DNA of 64,000 nucleotides from NCBI GenBank assembly GCA_964638955.1, contig CAZWZQ010000008.1:824-64823 (forward strand), read 5' to 3'. This DNA is from an uncultured Rikenellaceae bacterium. GTDB lineage: Bacteria > Bacteroidota > Bacteroidia > Bacteroidales > VadinHA17. This document shows, piece after piece, positions 26,714 to 36,150 of the stretch (positions are counted from its first letter, which is position 1; the number at the start of each line of letters is the position of its first letter). The translations under genes and the position numbers were made by a program. The notes under the pieces are model-generated. The model saw only the letters and a list, made by a program, of their open reading frames with translations, was not told the DNA's origin and searched no databases.

Positions 26714-27532
26714 ATGAAAATGACTGTTACTGAGCTTGAAAAAAAAGCAGCGACGCTAAGGCTGGATATCGTTAAAATGGTTGGAGTAGGTCAGAAAGGT
26801 CACCTGGGAGGATCTTGCTCTTTAAGCGAAATAGTATCAGTGCTTTATTTTTATAAAATGAAACACGATCCTAAGAATCCGAAATGGGCTGACCGCGACA
26901 GGTTTATCCTCAGTAAAGGGCATGCTGCTCTTATACAATATGCTGCACTTGCAGAATCGGGATATTTTCCGAAATCGGAAATAGAAAATGTCAAGAAACT
27001 GGGCTCCATATTACAGGGACACCCTGATATGACCTTAACCCCGGGGATAGAAGGGAATACTGGATCATTGGGACAGGGATTGTCGATGGCATGCGGAATG
27101 GCTGCAGGTCTGAAGCTGGATAAAAAAACAAATAAAGTATATTGCATCGTAGGTGACGGTGAAATTGCAGAAGGACAGATTTGGGAAGCCGCGATGGCAG
27201 CCTCTTTTTATAAATTGGATAACCTGGTTGTTTTTGTGGATAAAAATAGATTACAGGCCATGGGCCCTGTAGTCGAAAGGTATGATACCAATCCGGTTGC
27301 CACAAAATGGCAGGCATTTGGCTGGCATGTCACTGAAACGGATGGACATAATATTAAAGAAATAATAGAAGTTCTGGATAAAGTTGATAAAATAACAGGC
27401 AAACCAAAGGTAATCATTGCACATACTGTGAAAGGTAAAGGTATTTCATTCGCGGAAAATGTCGTGGCATTTCATAATGGTGAGCTTACAAAGGAACAGT
27501 TTGAAACTGCATGTTCGGGACTTGAAAATTAA
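26714..27532 (+). CDS. Transketolase, N-terminal (TPP-binding) subunit
   Basis: GHLGGSCS, SKGHAA, GSLGQGL and GDGE..EGQ.WEA are present. At 272 aa it stops where the split form ends. Confidence 0.92.
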   Translation: MKMTVTELEKKAATLRLDIVKMVGVGQKGHLGGSCSLSEIVSVLYFYKMKHDPKNPKWADRDRFILSKGHAALIQYAALAESGYFPKSEIENVKKLGSILQGHPDMTLTPGIEGNTGSLGQGLSMACGMAAGLKLDKKTNKVYCIVGDGEIAEGQIWEAAMAASFYKLDNLVVFVDKNRLQAMGPVVERYDTNPVATKWQAFGWHVTETDGHNIKEIIEVLDKVDKITGKPKVIIAHTVKGKGISFAENVVAFHNGELTKEQFETACSGLEN

Positions 27533-27543
27533 ACAAAATACTT

Positions 27544-28485
27544 ATGAGACTTCAAAATCAAAGGCAGGTATATGGTGAGACATTGCTTGAACTTGGCAGG
27601 AATAATAACAATATTGTTGTTTTGGAGGCAGATCTGGGCAAATCGACAATGACTGTTCTTTTCGAACAGGAATTCCCGGACAGGTTTTTTGAGATGGGTA
27701 TAGGAGAGGCCAATATGACTTCATTTGCAGCCGGTTTATCACTAACCGGGAAAGTGGCTTTTACAAATTCTTTTGCTGTTTTTGCAACAGGCAGGTCTTT
27801 TGACCAGATACGACAAGGTATATGCATATCCGGGCTAAATGTGAAAATCGTGGGATCAAGCGCAGGTCTTTCTGATTTCGGTGACGGCGCTACTCACCAA
27901 TCTGTTGAAGATATTGCCATTATGAGGGCAATACCTAACATGACGGTGCTGGCCCCGGCTGATGGAACTGAAACAATAAAAATGATCCGGAAAATCGCAG
28001 ATTATAACGGTCCTGTTTATATTCGCCTGAACCGGCATGACCTTCCGGATGTGTTCCCTGAAGACCAGGAGTTTGTTATCGGAAAACCTTACATGTTAAG
28101 GGACGGGAAAGACATTGTAGTTTACGGAAATGGTATAATGGTATCAAAAGCTCTCATGGCAGCTGAAGAAATGGAAAAGAAAGGTATTTCAGTCAGAGTT
28201 GTGAATGTCAGCTCATTAAAACCTGTTGATGAAGCAGAGATAAAAAGACTGGCACAAAATATGAAAGGTGTGGTTACTGCCGAAGAACATTCAGTAATTG
28301 GCGGACTGGCAAGCGTGATAACCTTTAGCCTGAGAGGTTCCGGTATCCCGTTCAGACATGTTGCTATCGAGGATCAGTTCGGAATGTCAGCACACAATTA
28401 TGATGAACTCCTCGAAGAGTATAAACTGACCAGTGATAATATAATAAATGCTATAAATTCAATATTATTATATTTTGAGCGGTAG
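27544..28485 (+). CDS. Transketolase, C-terminal (pyrimidine-binding + C-terminal domain) subunit
   Basis: FEMGIGEANM and DGATHQSVEDIAIMRAIPNM are present. Length is 313 aa. It starts 11 nt after the N-terminal subunit stop. Confidence 0.92.
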   Translation: MRLQNQRQVYGETLLELGRNNNNIVVLEADLGKSTMTVLFEQEFPDRFFEMGIGEANMTSFAAGLSLTGKVAFTNSFAVFATGRSFDQIRQGICISGLNVKIVGSSAGLSDFGDGATHQSVEDIAIMRAIPNMTVLAPADGTETIKMIRKIADYNGPVYIRLNRHDLPDVFPEDQEFVIGKPYMLRDGKDIVVYGNGIMVSKALMAAEEMEKKGISVRVVNVSSLKPVDEAEIKRLAQNMKGVVTAEEHSVIGGLASVITFSLRGSGIPFRHVAIEDQFGMSAHNYDELLEEYKLTSDNIINAINSILLYFER

Positions 28486-29827
28486 TAATGCATTATTAAT
28501 AGTTGTACTGGTACTTTGTATCGTTTTCATTGTTCTCTCCTCAACAAAACTAAAACTGCATGCTTTTCTTGCTTTGTTGTTTGCAGCATTGGGGTTTGGG
28601 ATCTTTACAGGCATGCCACTTGATGTGATTGTTGATTCTATTAGCACGGGATTCGGCAACACGTTAGGTTATATCGGGATTGTAATAGTGGCAGGTACAA
28701 TAATAGGGGTATTTCTTGAATCCTCTGGTGGTGCATATTCCCTGGCAGATAAGATACTGAAATTCATTGGCAAGAAACGTGTCCCGTTAGCCATGTCAAT
28801 AATAGGGTGGTTTGTTTCGATACCGGTATTCGCCGATTCAAGTTTTGTTATTCTTTCACCTCTTAACAAAGCCCTGGCAAAAAGAGCAAAGATATCACTG
28901 GCAGGTCCGGCTATTGCTCTAAGTCTGGGGCTTATCACAACTCATTGCCTGGTTCCACCGACTCCCGGGCCTATCGCTGCAGCAGGTTTACTAAATGCGA
29001 ATCTCGGTATAGTGATCCTTATTGGCGTACCGGTTAGCCTGATAGCTATGATGACCGGCTGGTTATTCTCTGTAAAAATTGCTTCGAGAACACAGATTGA
29101 TCCCAATCCTGACATATCTGAACAGGAAATTAATGCCAAAATGAAGGAAGCTCCCTCAGCGTTAAAAACAATAAGTCCTGTCTTCTTACCGATAATCCTT
29201 ATCGTACTTAAGTCAATTTCCGATTTTCCAACTAATCCAATGGGCGAAGGTGCTTTAAAGTCGTTTATCGAATTTGTCGGACAACCGGTTATTGCATTGC
29301 TCATTGGAGTTCTCCTGGCTTTCATGTTACCCAGGAAAAGGCAGGAAGGAATGTTTTCAGAAAAAGGATGGATTGGCAAAGCGATGGTTAGCGCTGCAAC
29401 TATAATCCTGATAACAGGTGCAGGTGGTGCTTTTGGAAAGGTGTTACAGAATTCGGGACTGGCTGATGCTATTGGCAGATATCTTTCAGGAATTAATCTG
29501 GGGATATGGTTGCCGTTTATCATTGCAGCAACAATAAAGACAGCACAGGGTTCATCCACGGTATCACTAATAACTACATCTTCGATCATTATCCCGCTTT
29601 TACCGGCCCTTGGTTATGATACTGAAATAGGCAAAGCAATGGTAGTATTGGCAATTGGTGCCGGTGCGATGGTCATTTCACATGCCAACGACAGTTTTTT
29701 CTGGGTTGTTACCCAGATGTCAAATATGAATATTAAGACAGGTTATAAGATCCAAAGTCTTGGCACCCTGGTTATAGGAACAACTGCAGGATTGACACTT
29801 TGGATACTGAGTCTGTTCCTCGTATGA
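28475..29827 (+). CDS. GntP family (gluconate/acid-sugar:H+) permease
   Basis: 450 aa polytopic protein with GntP-like segments (GNTLGYIGIVIVAGTIIG, IKTAQGSSTVSLITTSSI). The only in-frame start near the expected N-terminus is TTG 28475, which overlaps the preceding gene by 11 nt. Confidence 0.82.
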   Translation: MSGSNALLIVVLVLCIVFIVLSSTKLKLHAFLALLFAALGFGIFTGMPLDVIVDSISTGFGNTLGYIGIVIVAGTIIGVFLESSGGAYSLADKILKFIGKKRVPLAMSIIGWFVSIPVFADSSFVILSPLNKALAKRAKISLAGPAIALSLGLITTHCLVPPTPGPIAAAGLLNANLGIVILIGVPVSLIAMMTGWLFSVKIASRTQIDPNPDISEQEINAKMKEAPSALKTISPVFLPIILIVLKSISDFPTNPMGEGALKSFIEFVGQPVIALLIGVLLAFMLPRKRQEGMFSEKGWIGKAMVSAATIILITGAGGAFGKVLQNSGLADAIGRYLSGINLGIWLPFIIAATIKTAQGSSTVSLITTSSIIIPLLPALGYDTEIGKAMVVLAIGAGAMVISHANDSFFWVVTQMSNMNIKTGYKIQSLGTLVIGTTAGLTLWILSLFLV

Positions 29828-29845
29828 AACTTTTAAAAAAAATCA

Positions 29846-30895
29846 ATGATGGAAAAAATGAAAGCCGTTGTTAAATACGCTGATGCTCCCGGAGCCACGG
29901 AAATTCGCGATGTCCCCATTCCTGAAATCGGAGAGACAGATACCCTTGTCGAAGTGGCTTTTACCGGTGTCTGCGGTACAGATCCGCACTTACATAATAA
30001 TACATCCGCATTCAAATTTGTCCGTCCTTTTATTCTTGGCCATGAATTCGCCGGAACCATTGTAAAGGCCGGATCGAAAGTAACAGGTTTTGCACCAGGA
30101 AACAGGGTGACATCGGAAACTCATGCCGAATATTGCGGAAAATGTACTCTTTGTAAGCAAAATAATTACCATCTCTGCAGTGAAAGAAAGGGATATGGAT
30201 TCCATGTAGATGGTGCATTTACAAGATATGTGAAAGTGCCCGAGAGAATATTGCATCTTGTCCCTGATAATGTGTCATTAAAAGCAGCTTCAATTACAGA
30301 ACCATTTTGCGTGGCATATAAAGCTGTGATTTCCAACAGTAAAATAAATCCGGGCGATACGGTAGTTATTATCGGACCGGGATCTATCGGAATATTATGT
30401 GCAAGACTGGCTCAACTATCCGGGGCAGGTGAAATAGTGGTTGTCGGAACCGAAGGTGATGACAGGAGACTTGAACTATCAAAAGATTTTGGAGCAACAA
30501 AGATCATAAATTCATCACACGAAGATCCGCTGGAAATTATAATGTCACTGGGTGATCATTATGGAGCTGATCTTATACTTGATCTCGCAGGAGGTTCTTC
30601 AACTTTAAAATTATCAATGGAAGCTGTAAGACCTGCCGGCCAGATCACTAAAATAGGATGGGGCCGTCAACCTGTCGGTTTCAGCATTGACCCGATAATT
30701 GCCAAATCAGTAACTTTGAAAGGTCATTTCAGCCATACTTGGGATGTATGGGAAAAATGTCTGACACTTATGGGGAAAGAAATGGTCAATCTTGAAAAAC
30801 TGATAACTCACGAACTGGGTATTGACCAGTGGGAAAAAGCATTTGAAATGAGCCAATCGAAAGAGGCTGTGAAAGTAGTATTAAAACCAATTTAA
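29846..30895 (+). CDS. Zinc-dependent medium-chain alcohol/polyol dehydrogenase (sorbitol/threonine dehydrogenase-like)
   Basis: GVCGTDPH, GHEFAG, the structural-zinc site CGKCTLCKQNNYHLC and the Rossmann motif IIGPGSIG are present. The alternative start is Met-5 (29858). Confidence 0.88.
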   Translation: MMEKMKAVVKYADAPGATEIRDVPIPEIGETDTLVEVAFTGVCGTDPHLHNNTSAFKFVRPFILGHEFAGTIVKAGSKVTGFAPGNRVTSETHAEYCGKCTLCKQNNYHLCSERKGYGFHVDGAFTRYVKVPERILHLVPDNVSLKAASITEPFCVAYKAVISNSKINPGDTVVIIGPGSIGILCARLAQLSGAGEIVVVGTEGDDRRLELSKDFGATKIINSSHEDPLEIIMSLGDHYGADLILDLAGGSSTLKLSMEAVRPAGQITKIGWGRQPVGFSIDPIIAKSVTLKGHFSHTWDVWEKCLTLMGKEMVNLEKLITHELGIDQWEKAFEMSQSKEAVKVVLKPI

Positions 30896-30901
30896 ACAAT
30901 T

Positions 30902-31795
30902 ATGTATAAGATAGGATTTATAGGTTTGGGCATAATGGGAAAACCCATGGCCAGAAATCTGCTGAAGGCAGGTTATTCTTTAGTAGTGTATGACATTAAT
31001 AATGAAGCTGTCGGGGAGCTTGTTAAAGACGGAGCTGTTGAAGCAGAATCTTCCGGTGATGTTGCTTCGCGGAGCGATGTTATAATTACCATGCTTCCTA
31101 ATTCTCCGGAAGTAAAGGAAGTTGTCCTGGGTAAAGATGGAATTATTTATGGTGTTAAATCCGGATCAGTGGTTATTGATATGAGTTCAATTGCACCTTC
31201 CACTTCAAGGGAACTGTCAGAAGAACTTCTTAAGAAAGAAGTTGTAATGCTCGATGCTCCTGTCAGCGGTGGCGAACCAAAGGCAATAGAAGGAACCCTG
31301 GCAATAATGGTCGGCGGTCCTGAAGATACTTTTAACAAAGTGAAGGATATTCTTGGTAAGATGGGAGCTTCTGTTAAGCTTGTAGGCGATATTGGAAGCG
31401 GTAATATTACAAAGCTGGCAAACCAGATTATTGTGGCGCTAAATATTGCTGCAATAGGTGAGGCCATGGTCCTCGCTGCAAAGGCTGGTGCAGATCCTGA
31501 AAAAGTGTACCAGGCAATACGAGGAGGATTGGCCGGCAGCACGGCTCTCGATGCTAAAATGCCTATGATCCTCGATGGCAATTTTAAACCGGGTTTCAGA
31601 ATAGAGCTTCATATCAAGGATCTTAAAAATGCACTGGACACAGCAAAAGAATTAGGGATAGAGAGCGTTTTGACTGAAAAGGTGATGGATATAATGGAAG
31701 CATTGAAAGATGACGGTAAGGGCAAAGATGATCATGGAGGGATAATAAGATTCTATGAGAAATCAGCTAATATAGAAGTCAGGAAAAAGAATTGA
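30902..31795 (+). CDS. Beta-hydroxyacid dehydrogenase (2-hydroxy-3-oxopropionate reductase / GarR-LtnD-like)
   Basis: IGFIGLGIMGKPMARNL, DAPVSGG and the KDL..A region match the 3-hydroxyisobutyrate dehydrogenase family. Confidence 0.88.
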   Translation: MYKIGFIGLGIMGKPMARNLLKAGYSLVVYDINNEAVGELVKDGAVEAESSGDVASRSDVIITMLPNSPEVKEVVLGKDGIIYGVKSGSVVIDMSSIAPSTSRELSEELLKKEVVMLDAPVSGGEPKAIEGTLAIMVGGPEDTFNKVKDILGKMGASVKLVGDIGSGNITKLANQIIVALNIAAIGEAMVLAAKAGADPEKVYQAIRGGLAGSTALDAKMPMILDGNFKPGFRIELHIKDLKNALDTAKELGIESVLTEKVMDIMEALKDDGKGKDDHGGIIRFYEKSANIEVRKKN

Positions 31796-31807
31796 AGGAA
31801 GGACCAT

Positions 31808-32542
31808 CTAAAACGCCTTATAATATTCCCTGTTCATCCTGGCAATATTGGTAAGCTTGATCTGTTTCGGGCACTCAGCTTCGCAGGCTCCTGTATTTGA
31901 ACAGTTTCCAAATCCGAGCACATCCATTTTATCAACCATGGCTCTCACCCTCTCCTTTGCCTCAACACGTCCCTGGGGAAGAAGTGCAAACTGCGAGATC
32001 TTTGCTGATACAAAGAGCATTGCCGAGGCATTTTTACAGGCAGCAACACATGCTCCGCAACCGATACAAATTCCGGAATCGAAGGCATCATCAGAATCTT
32101 TTTTCTTAACCAGGATCGAATTAGCGTCAGGCGCTGCACCGGTATTAACAGAGATAAATCCACCTGCAGTCTGTATCTTATCCAGGGCTGATCTGTCAAC
32201 AATAAGGTCTTTTATTACAGGGAAAGGCTTTGCCCTCCAGGGCTCAACCCGTATTGTGTCGCCGTCGTTGAAATACCTCATTGAAAGATGACAGGTTGTA
32301 ACAGCCGGAACAGGCCCGTGAGGATGTCCGTTAATATACATTCCACACGATCCGCAGATACCTTCACGGCAGTCATGATCAAATGCCACAGGATCCTTAT
32401 CTTCCTCGACCAGCTTCTTGTTCAGAGCATCAAGCATCTCAAGGAATGACATTTCGGGAGAGACATTATCCATTTTATATGTTACAAAAGCGCCTTTAGC
32501 TTCTGCATTTTTTTGCCGCCATATCTTCAATGTTAGCTTCAT
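31808..32542 (-). CDS. sdhB: Succinate dehydrogenase/fumarate reductase iron-sulfur subunit
   Basis: Cluster motifs [22 protein letters not shown] and [12 protein letters not shown] are present. Confidence 0.95.
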   Translation of the reverse strand: MKLTLKIWRQKNAEAKGAFVTYKMDNVSPEMSFLEMLDALNKKLVEEDKDPVAFDHDCREGICGSCGMYINGHPHGPVPAVTTCHLSMRYFNDGDTIRVEPWRAKPFPVIKDLIVDRSALDKIQTAGGFISVNTGAAPDANSILVKKKDSDDAFDSGICIGCGACVAACKNASAMLFVSAKISQFALLPQGRVEAKERVRAMVDKMDVLGFGNCSNTGACEAECPKQIKLTNIARMNREYYKAF

Positions 32543-32612
32543 GATATTTTAGAGTTGTTTATTTGTATTCTATTTAACCACGAGTGTCACGGAGTTTTCA
32601 CAGAGTAATTAT

Positions 32613-32644
32613 GTACCATTATACCGTTATACCGTTGTACCGTT
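32613..32644. repeat. 8-bp tandem repeat x4 (GTACCATT ATACCGTT ATACCGTT GTACCGTT)
   Basis: Read directly. It abuts or overlaps the sdhA stop codon (32643-32645) inside the 100-nt sdhA-sdhB spacer. A further imperfect repeat (TCACGGAG / TCACAGAG) lies at about 32586-32604. Confidence 0.9.
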
Positions 32645-34562
32645 ACTTATAGCTCCTTACCTTCATTTCAACCTCTTCAAATTTCAGCTCTTCCTTATGG
32701 AGTATATGTGGTTTCCCTTCCCCTTTATATTCCCAGGCAGCAACATAAGCAAATTCCGCATCGTTTCTCATTGCCTCGCCATCGGGTGTCTGGTACTCCT
32801 CTCTGAAATGAGCCCCGCATGATTCATTCCTGTTAAGGGCATCAGTGATCAGTAAAATGGCAAGATCAAAGAAGTCGGCAACTCTGCCGGCCTTTTCAAG
32901 TTCCGGGTTCAGCTCATAAATTGTGCCTGGTATGTTCAGATCTCTCCAGAACTCTTCCTTAAGTTCATTAACAAGAGTTATTGCCTTTTCCAGACCTTCC
33001 TTGTTTCTGATCATACCGCAATAGTCCCACATTATTTTTCCAAGCCGTTTATGGAAAGAGGCAGCAGTCTGTTTCCCTTTTATTGAGATCAGTTTATTCA
33101 GCTTTTCAACGACTGATTTTTCAGCTTCTTCGAATTCAGGTTTGTCCGTGGATATTTTCGGGACATGTATCTCATCAGCAAGATAATTACTGATGGTATT
33201 TGGCAGAATAAAAAATCCGTCGGCGGCAATTTGCATGAGAGAACTCGCACCCAGCCGGTTTGCCCCATGATCAGAAAAATTAGCCTCACCTATTGCATAA
33301 AGTCCCTGTATTGTTGTCATAAGTTCATAATCGACCCACAGGCCTCCCATGGTGTAATGACCCGCGGGATAGATTCGCATGGGCTCTTCATAAGGATCCA
33401 TACCGGTGATGGTCTTATACATGTCGAACAGATTTCCGTATTTGTTCTCTATGGCTTTTTTCCCCTGTTTTTTTATTGCATCCATGAAATCGAGATTAAC
33501 AGCAAGACCCGTTTTACCGACTCCATATCCTGCGTCGCATCGTTCCTTGGCTGCCCTGGAAGCGATATCCCGTGGGACCAGATTTCCGAAAGCAGGATAA
33601 CGGCGTTCAAGGTAATAGTCTCTCTCTTCTTCAGGAATCTCATTGGCCGGACGTTTGTCTCCTTTTGTCTTAGGTACCCATATTCTGCCATCATTTCTCA
33701 GGGACTCCGACATAAGGGTCAGTTTTGACTGGAATTCATTAAGCTGGGGAATTGATGTCGGATGGATCTGAACAAAGCTCGGATTTGCAAATAACGCACC
33801 TTTTTTATGAGCTTTCCATGCAGCAGAACCATTGGAGTTTACTGCAAGAGTCGACAGGTAATAGATAGTTCCATAACCGCCAGTAGCAAGCACAACGACA
33901 TGGGCAGCATATTTTTCTATTTTACCTGTAATTAGGTTACGGGCAATAATTCCCCGGGCTTTGCCGTCAATTAAAACAAGATCGAGCATCTCCCTGCGGG
34001 GATACATCGTTACAGTCCCCTTTTTTATCTGCCTGTTAAGAGCAGCATAGGTGCCAAGCAGACACTGCTGCCCGGTCTGCCCTTTGGCATAAAAAGTTCT
34101 TGAAACCTGTACCCCGCCGAATGAACGAGTATTAAGTGTCCCGCCATAATCGCGTGCAAACGGAACCCCCAGAGCCGTGAAATGATCGATTACCTGATTA
34201 CTGACTTCGGCAGCCCTGTACACATTTCCTTCACGTGATCTGAAATCGCCACCTTTTATCATGTCAAGAAACAGACGATAAACACTATCTCCGTCGTTCT
34301 GATAATTCTTGGCTGCATTTACTCCACCCTGCGATGCAACCGAATGTGCTCTCCGCGGAGAATCATTGTAACAGAAAATTTTCACATTGTATCCCAGTTC
34401 TCCGAGCGCTGATGCAGCTCCTGCTCCAGCCACACCTGAGCCAATAACAATTATTTCCAGCTTCTTTTTATTTGCCGGGCTGACAAGCTTAACCGAAGCT
34501 TTATATTTTGTCCATTTCCGGGCGAGAGGACCATCTGGTATCTTTGAATTAAATTTTTCCAT
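32643..34562 (-). CDS. sdhA: Succinate dehydrogenase/fumarate reductase flavoprotein subunit
   Basis: The FAD motif [20 protein letters not shown] (covalent-FAD His region) and [10 protein letters not shown] are present. The start is placed at Met-18 of the track ORF (MEKFNSK…), 13 nt after the sdhC stop. Confidence 0.95.
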   Translation of the reverse strand: MEKFNSKIPDGPLARKWTKYKASVKLVSPANKKKLEIIVIGSGVAGAGAASALGELGYNVKIFCYNDSPRRAHSVASQGGVNAAKNYQNDGDSVYRLFLDMIKGGDFRSREGNVYRAAEVSNQVIDHFTALGVPFARDYGGTLNTRSFGGVQVSRTFYAKGQTGQQCLLGTYAALNRQIKKGTVTMYPRREMLDLVLIDGKARGIIARNLITGKIEKYAAHVVVLATGGYGTIYYLSTLAVNSNGSAAWKAHKKGALFANPSFVQIHPTSIPQLNEFQSKLTLMSESLRNDGRIWVPKTKGDKRPANEIPEEERDYYLERRYPAFGNLVPRDIASRAAKERCDAGYGVGKTGLAVNLDFMDAIKKQGKKAIENKYGNLFDMYKTITGMDPYEEPMRIYPAGHYTMGGLWVDYELMTTIQGLYAIGEANFSDHGANRLGASSLMQIAADGFFILPNTISNYLADEIHVPKISTDKPEFEEAEKSVVEKLNKLISIKGKQTAASFHKRLGKIMWDYCGMIRNKEGLEKAITLVNELKEEFWRDLNIPGTIYELNPELEKAGRVADFFDLAILLITDALNRNESCGAHFREEYQTPDGEAMRNDAEFAYVAAWEYKGEGKPHILHKEELKFEEVEMKVRSYK

Positions 34563-34575
34563 GATATATTTTTTA

Positions 34576-35220
34576 CTATCTGAAAAGCCAAAGCGTGAGT
34601 GAAATAAAAGCAAAACCCGCAGGTATCAGGATGGCATAGATTAATGCAACAATTTTAACGACCGGGGTCCATATCCTGTGATCCAGTCCAAGCGTATGAA
34701 AAGCCGAAGTGAAAGCGTGAAAAAGATGAAGCCCAAGTAATACGAAACAAATAAGATAAATGTAATTGTATACCGGTATTTTGAATAGTCCATGAGCAAC
34801 TGAATAAAAATCTTCCGGGTCTCCGGGAACCCATCCAAGCCTCATGAAAAAGAAGTTAAAGAAATGAATTACAAGGAAAGTCAACACCGAAGCTCCGGTC
34901 CAAATCATGAACTTTGAAAAAAATGTGGTTTCGGTTTTTATACTGACAGCATAGCGTACAGGACGGGAAAGCCAGTTTTTGATCTGAATATATATGCCAC
35001 ATGAAAAATGTATTACGAGTGCCGCAAAAAGGACAGTCTCAATAATTTTTATTACGGGGAATGTTGCCATAAAATGTGCCGCTTTGTTAAAAGGATCAGG
35101 GTCACTCTTAAGAAGCATCAGGTTGATCATAAGGTGAACAGGCAGGAACATCAGAAGAAAAAGCCCGGCGAGAGCCATAATAAACTTTTTGGAAATTGAT
35201 GAAAATAAAACCTTATTCAT
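34576..35220 (-). CDS. sdhC: Succinate dehydrogenase/fumarate reductase cytochrome b subunit (b558 family)
   Basis: 214 aa with 5 TM helices and conserved His residues. It is the first gene of the sdhCAB-type operon, as in Bacteroides frdCAB. Confidence 0.88.
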   Translation of the reverse strand: MNKVLFSSISKKFIMALAGLFLLMFLPVHLMINLMLLKSDPDPFNKAAHFMATFPVIKIIETVLFAALVIHFSCGIYIQIKNWLSRPVRYAVSIKTETTFFSKFMIWTGASVLTFLVIHFFNFFFMRLGWVPGDPEDFYSVAHGLFKIPVYNYIYLICFVLLGLHLFHAFTSAFHTLGLDHRIWTPVVKIVALIYAILIPAGFAFISLTLWLFR

Positions 35221-35350
35221 TGGTTATAAAACATTTACTAAATAATTATTTAATCCGGGTTAGTTGTTTATAAAAATAGACTTAATTAATCAGATTAACA
35301 ATATACAATTATCAGTTAATTAAATATAATTTTACCGGAAACAGGTTATT

Positions 35351-36148
35351 ATGACTGGTTATCTTCAATACGGGAATGGGAAAATACATTATACCGATCA
35401 GGGCATGGGACAGGTAATAATATTATTGCACGGTTACCTGGAAACATCAGAAGTGTGGGATATTTTTTCGCAAAAGCTTGCTGCGAAATACAGGGTTATC
35501 TCACCTGACCTTCCGGGGCATGGGCAATCTGATATTTTTGAGGAGACTCATACCATGGAGCACATGGCAGAGATAATAAAAGAGCTCCTTGAGAGTCTTG
35601 AAATTGGAAAGGCATTTCTCGCCGGTCATTCTCTTGGGGGGTATGTTGCTCTTGCCTTTGCGGAACGCTTCCCGGACAAACTGTCGGGTTACTGCCTGTT
35701 ACATTCACATCCCCTTGCCGACTCTCCTGAGGCATTGGAGAAGAGGACGAGAGAAATTAACCTGGTAATGGCAGGTAAAAAGGACCTGATGTATCCCGAA
35801 AATGTTGCAAAAATGTTTGCTACATCAAATCTTAAAAAATTCAACGCATCACTTGAAAGAGCAAAACAGATAGCCTCTTCAATAAAGGGAGAAGGAATAA
35901 TTGCTGTCCTGAAAGGTATGATGGCAAGACCATCCAGGCTGGCAATTATGGAAGAGGGCAAAGTCCCGTGTCTCTGGATACTGGGAGCAATGGATAATTA
36001 TATTGATTGTGAACAGGCACAAAAAAAAGTAAAACTGCCGCAAAATGCCGAATTGGCAATTTTGAAGAACTCCGGTCACATGGGATTTATTGAGGAACAG
36101 GAAAAGTCGTTGGAGATATTGATGGAATTTGTTGATAAATGTAAATAA
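35351..36148 (+). CDS. Alpha/beta hydrolase fold protein
   Basis: LLHGYLE, PGHGQSD and the nucleophile elbow GHSLGG are present. Confidence 0.85.
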   Translation: MTGYLQYGNGKIHYTDQGMGQVIILLHGYLETSEVWDIFSQKLAAKYRVISPDLPGHGQSDIFEETHTMEHMAEIIKELLESLEIGKAFLAGHSLGGYVALAFAERFPDKLSGYCLLHSHPLADSPEALEKRTREINLVMAGKKDLMYPENVAKMFATSNLKKFNASLERAKQIASSIKGEGIIAVLKGMMARPSRLAIMEEGKVPCLWILGAMDNYIDCEQAQKKVKLPQNAELAILKNSGHMGFIEEQEKSLEILMEFVDKCK

Positions 36149-36150
36149 AG

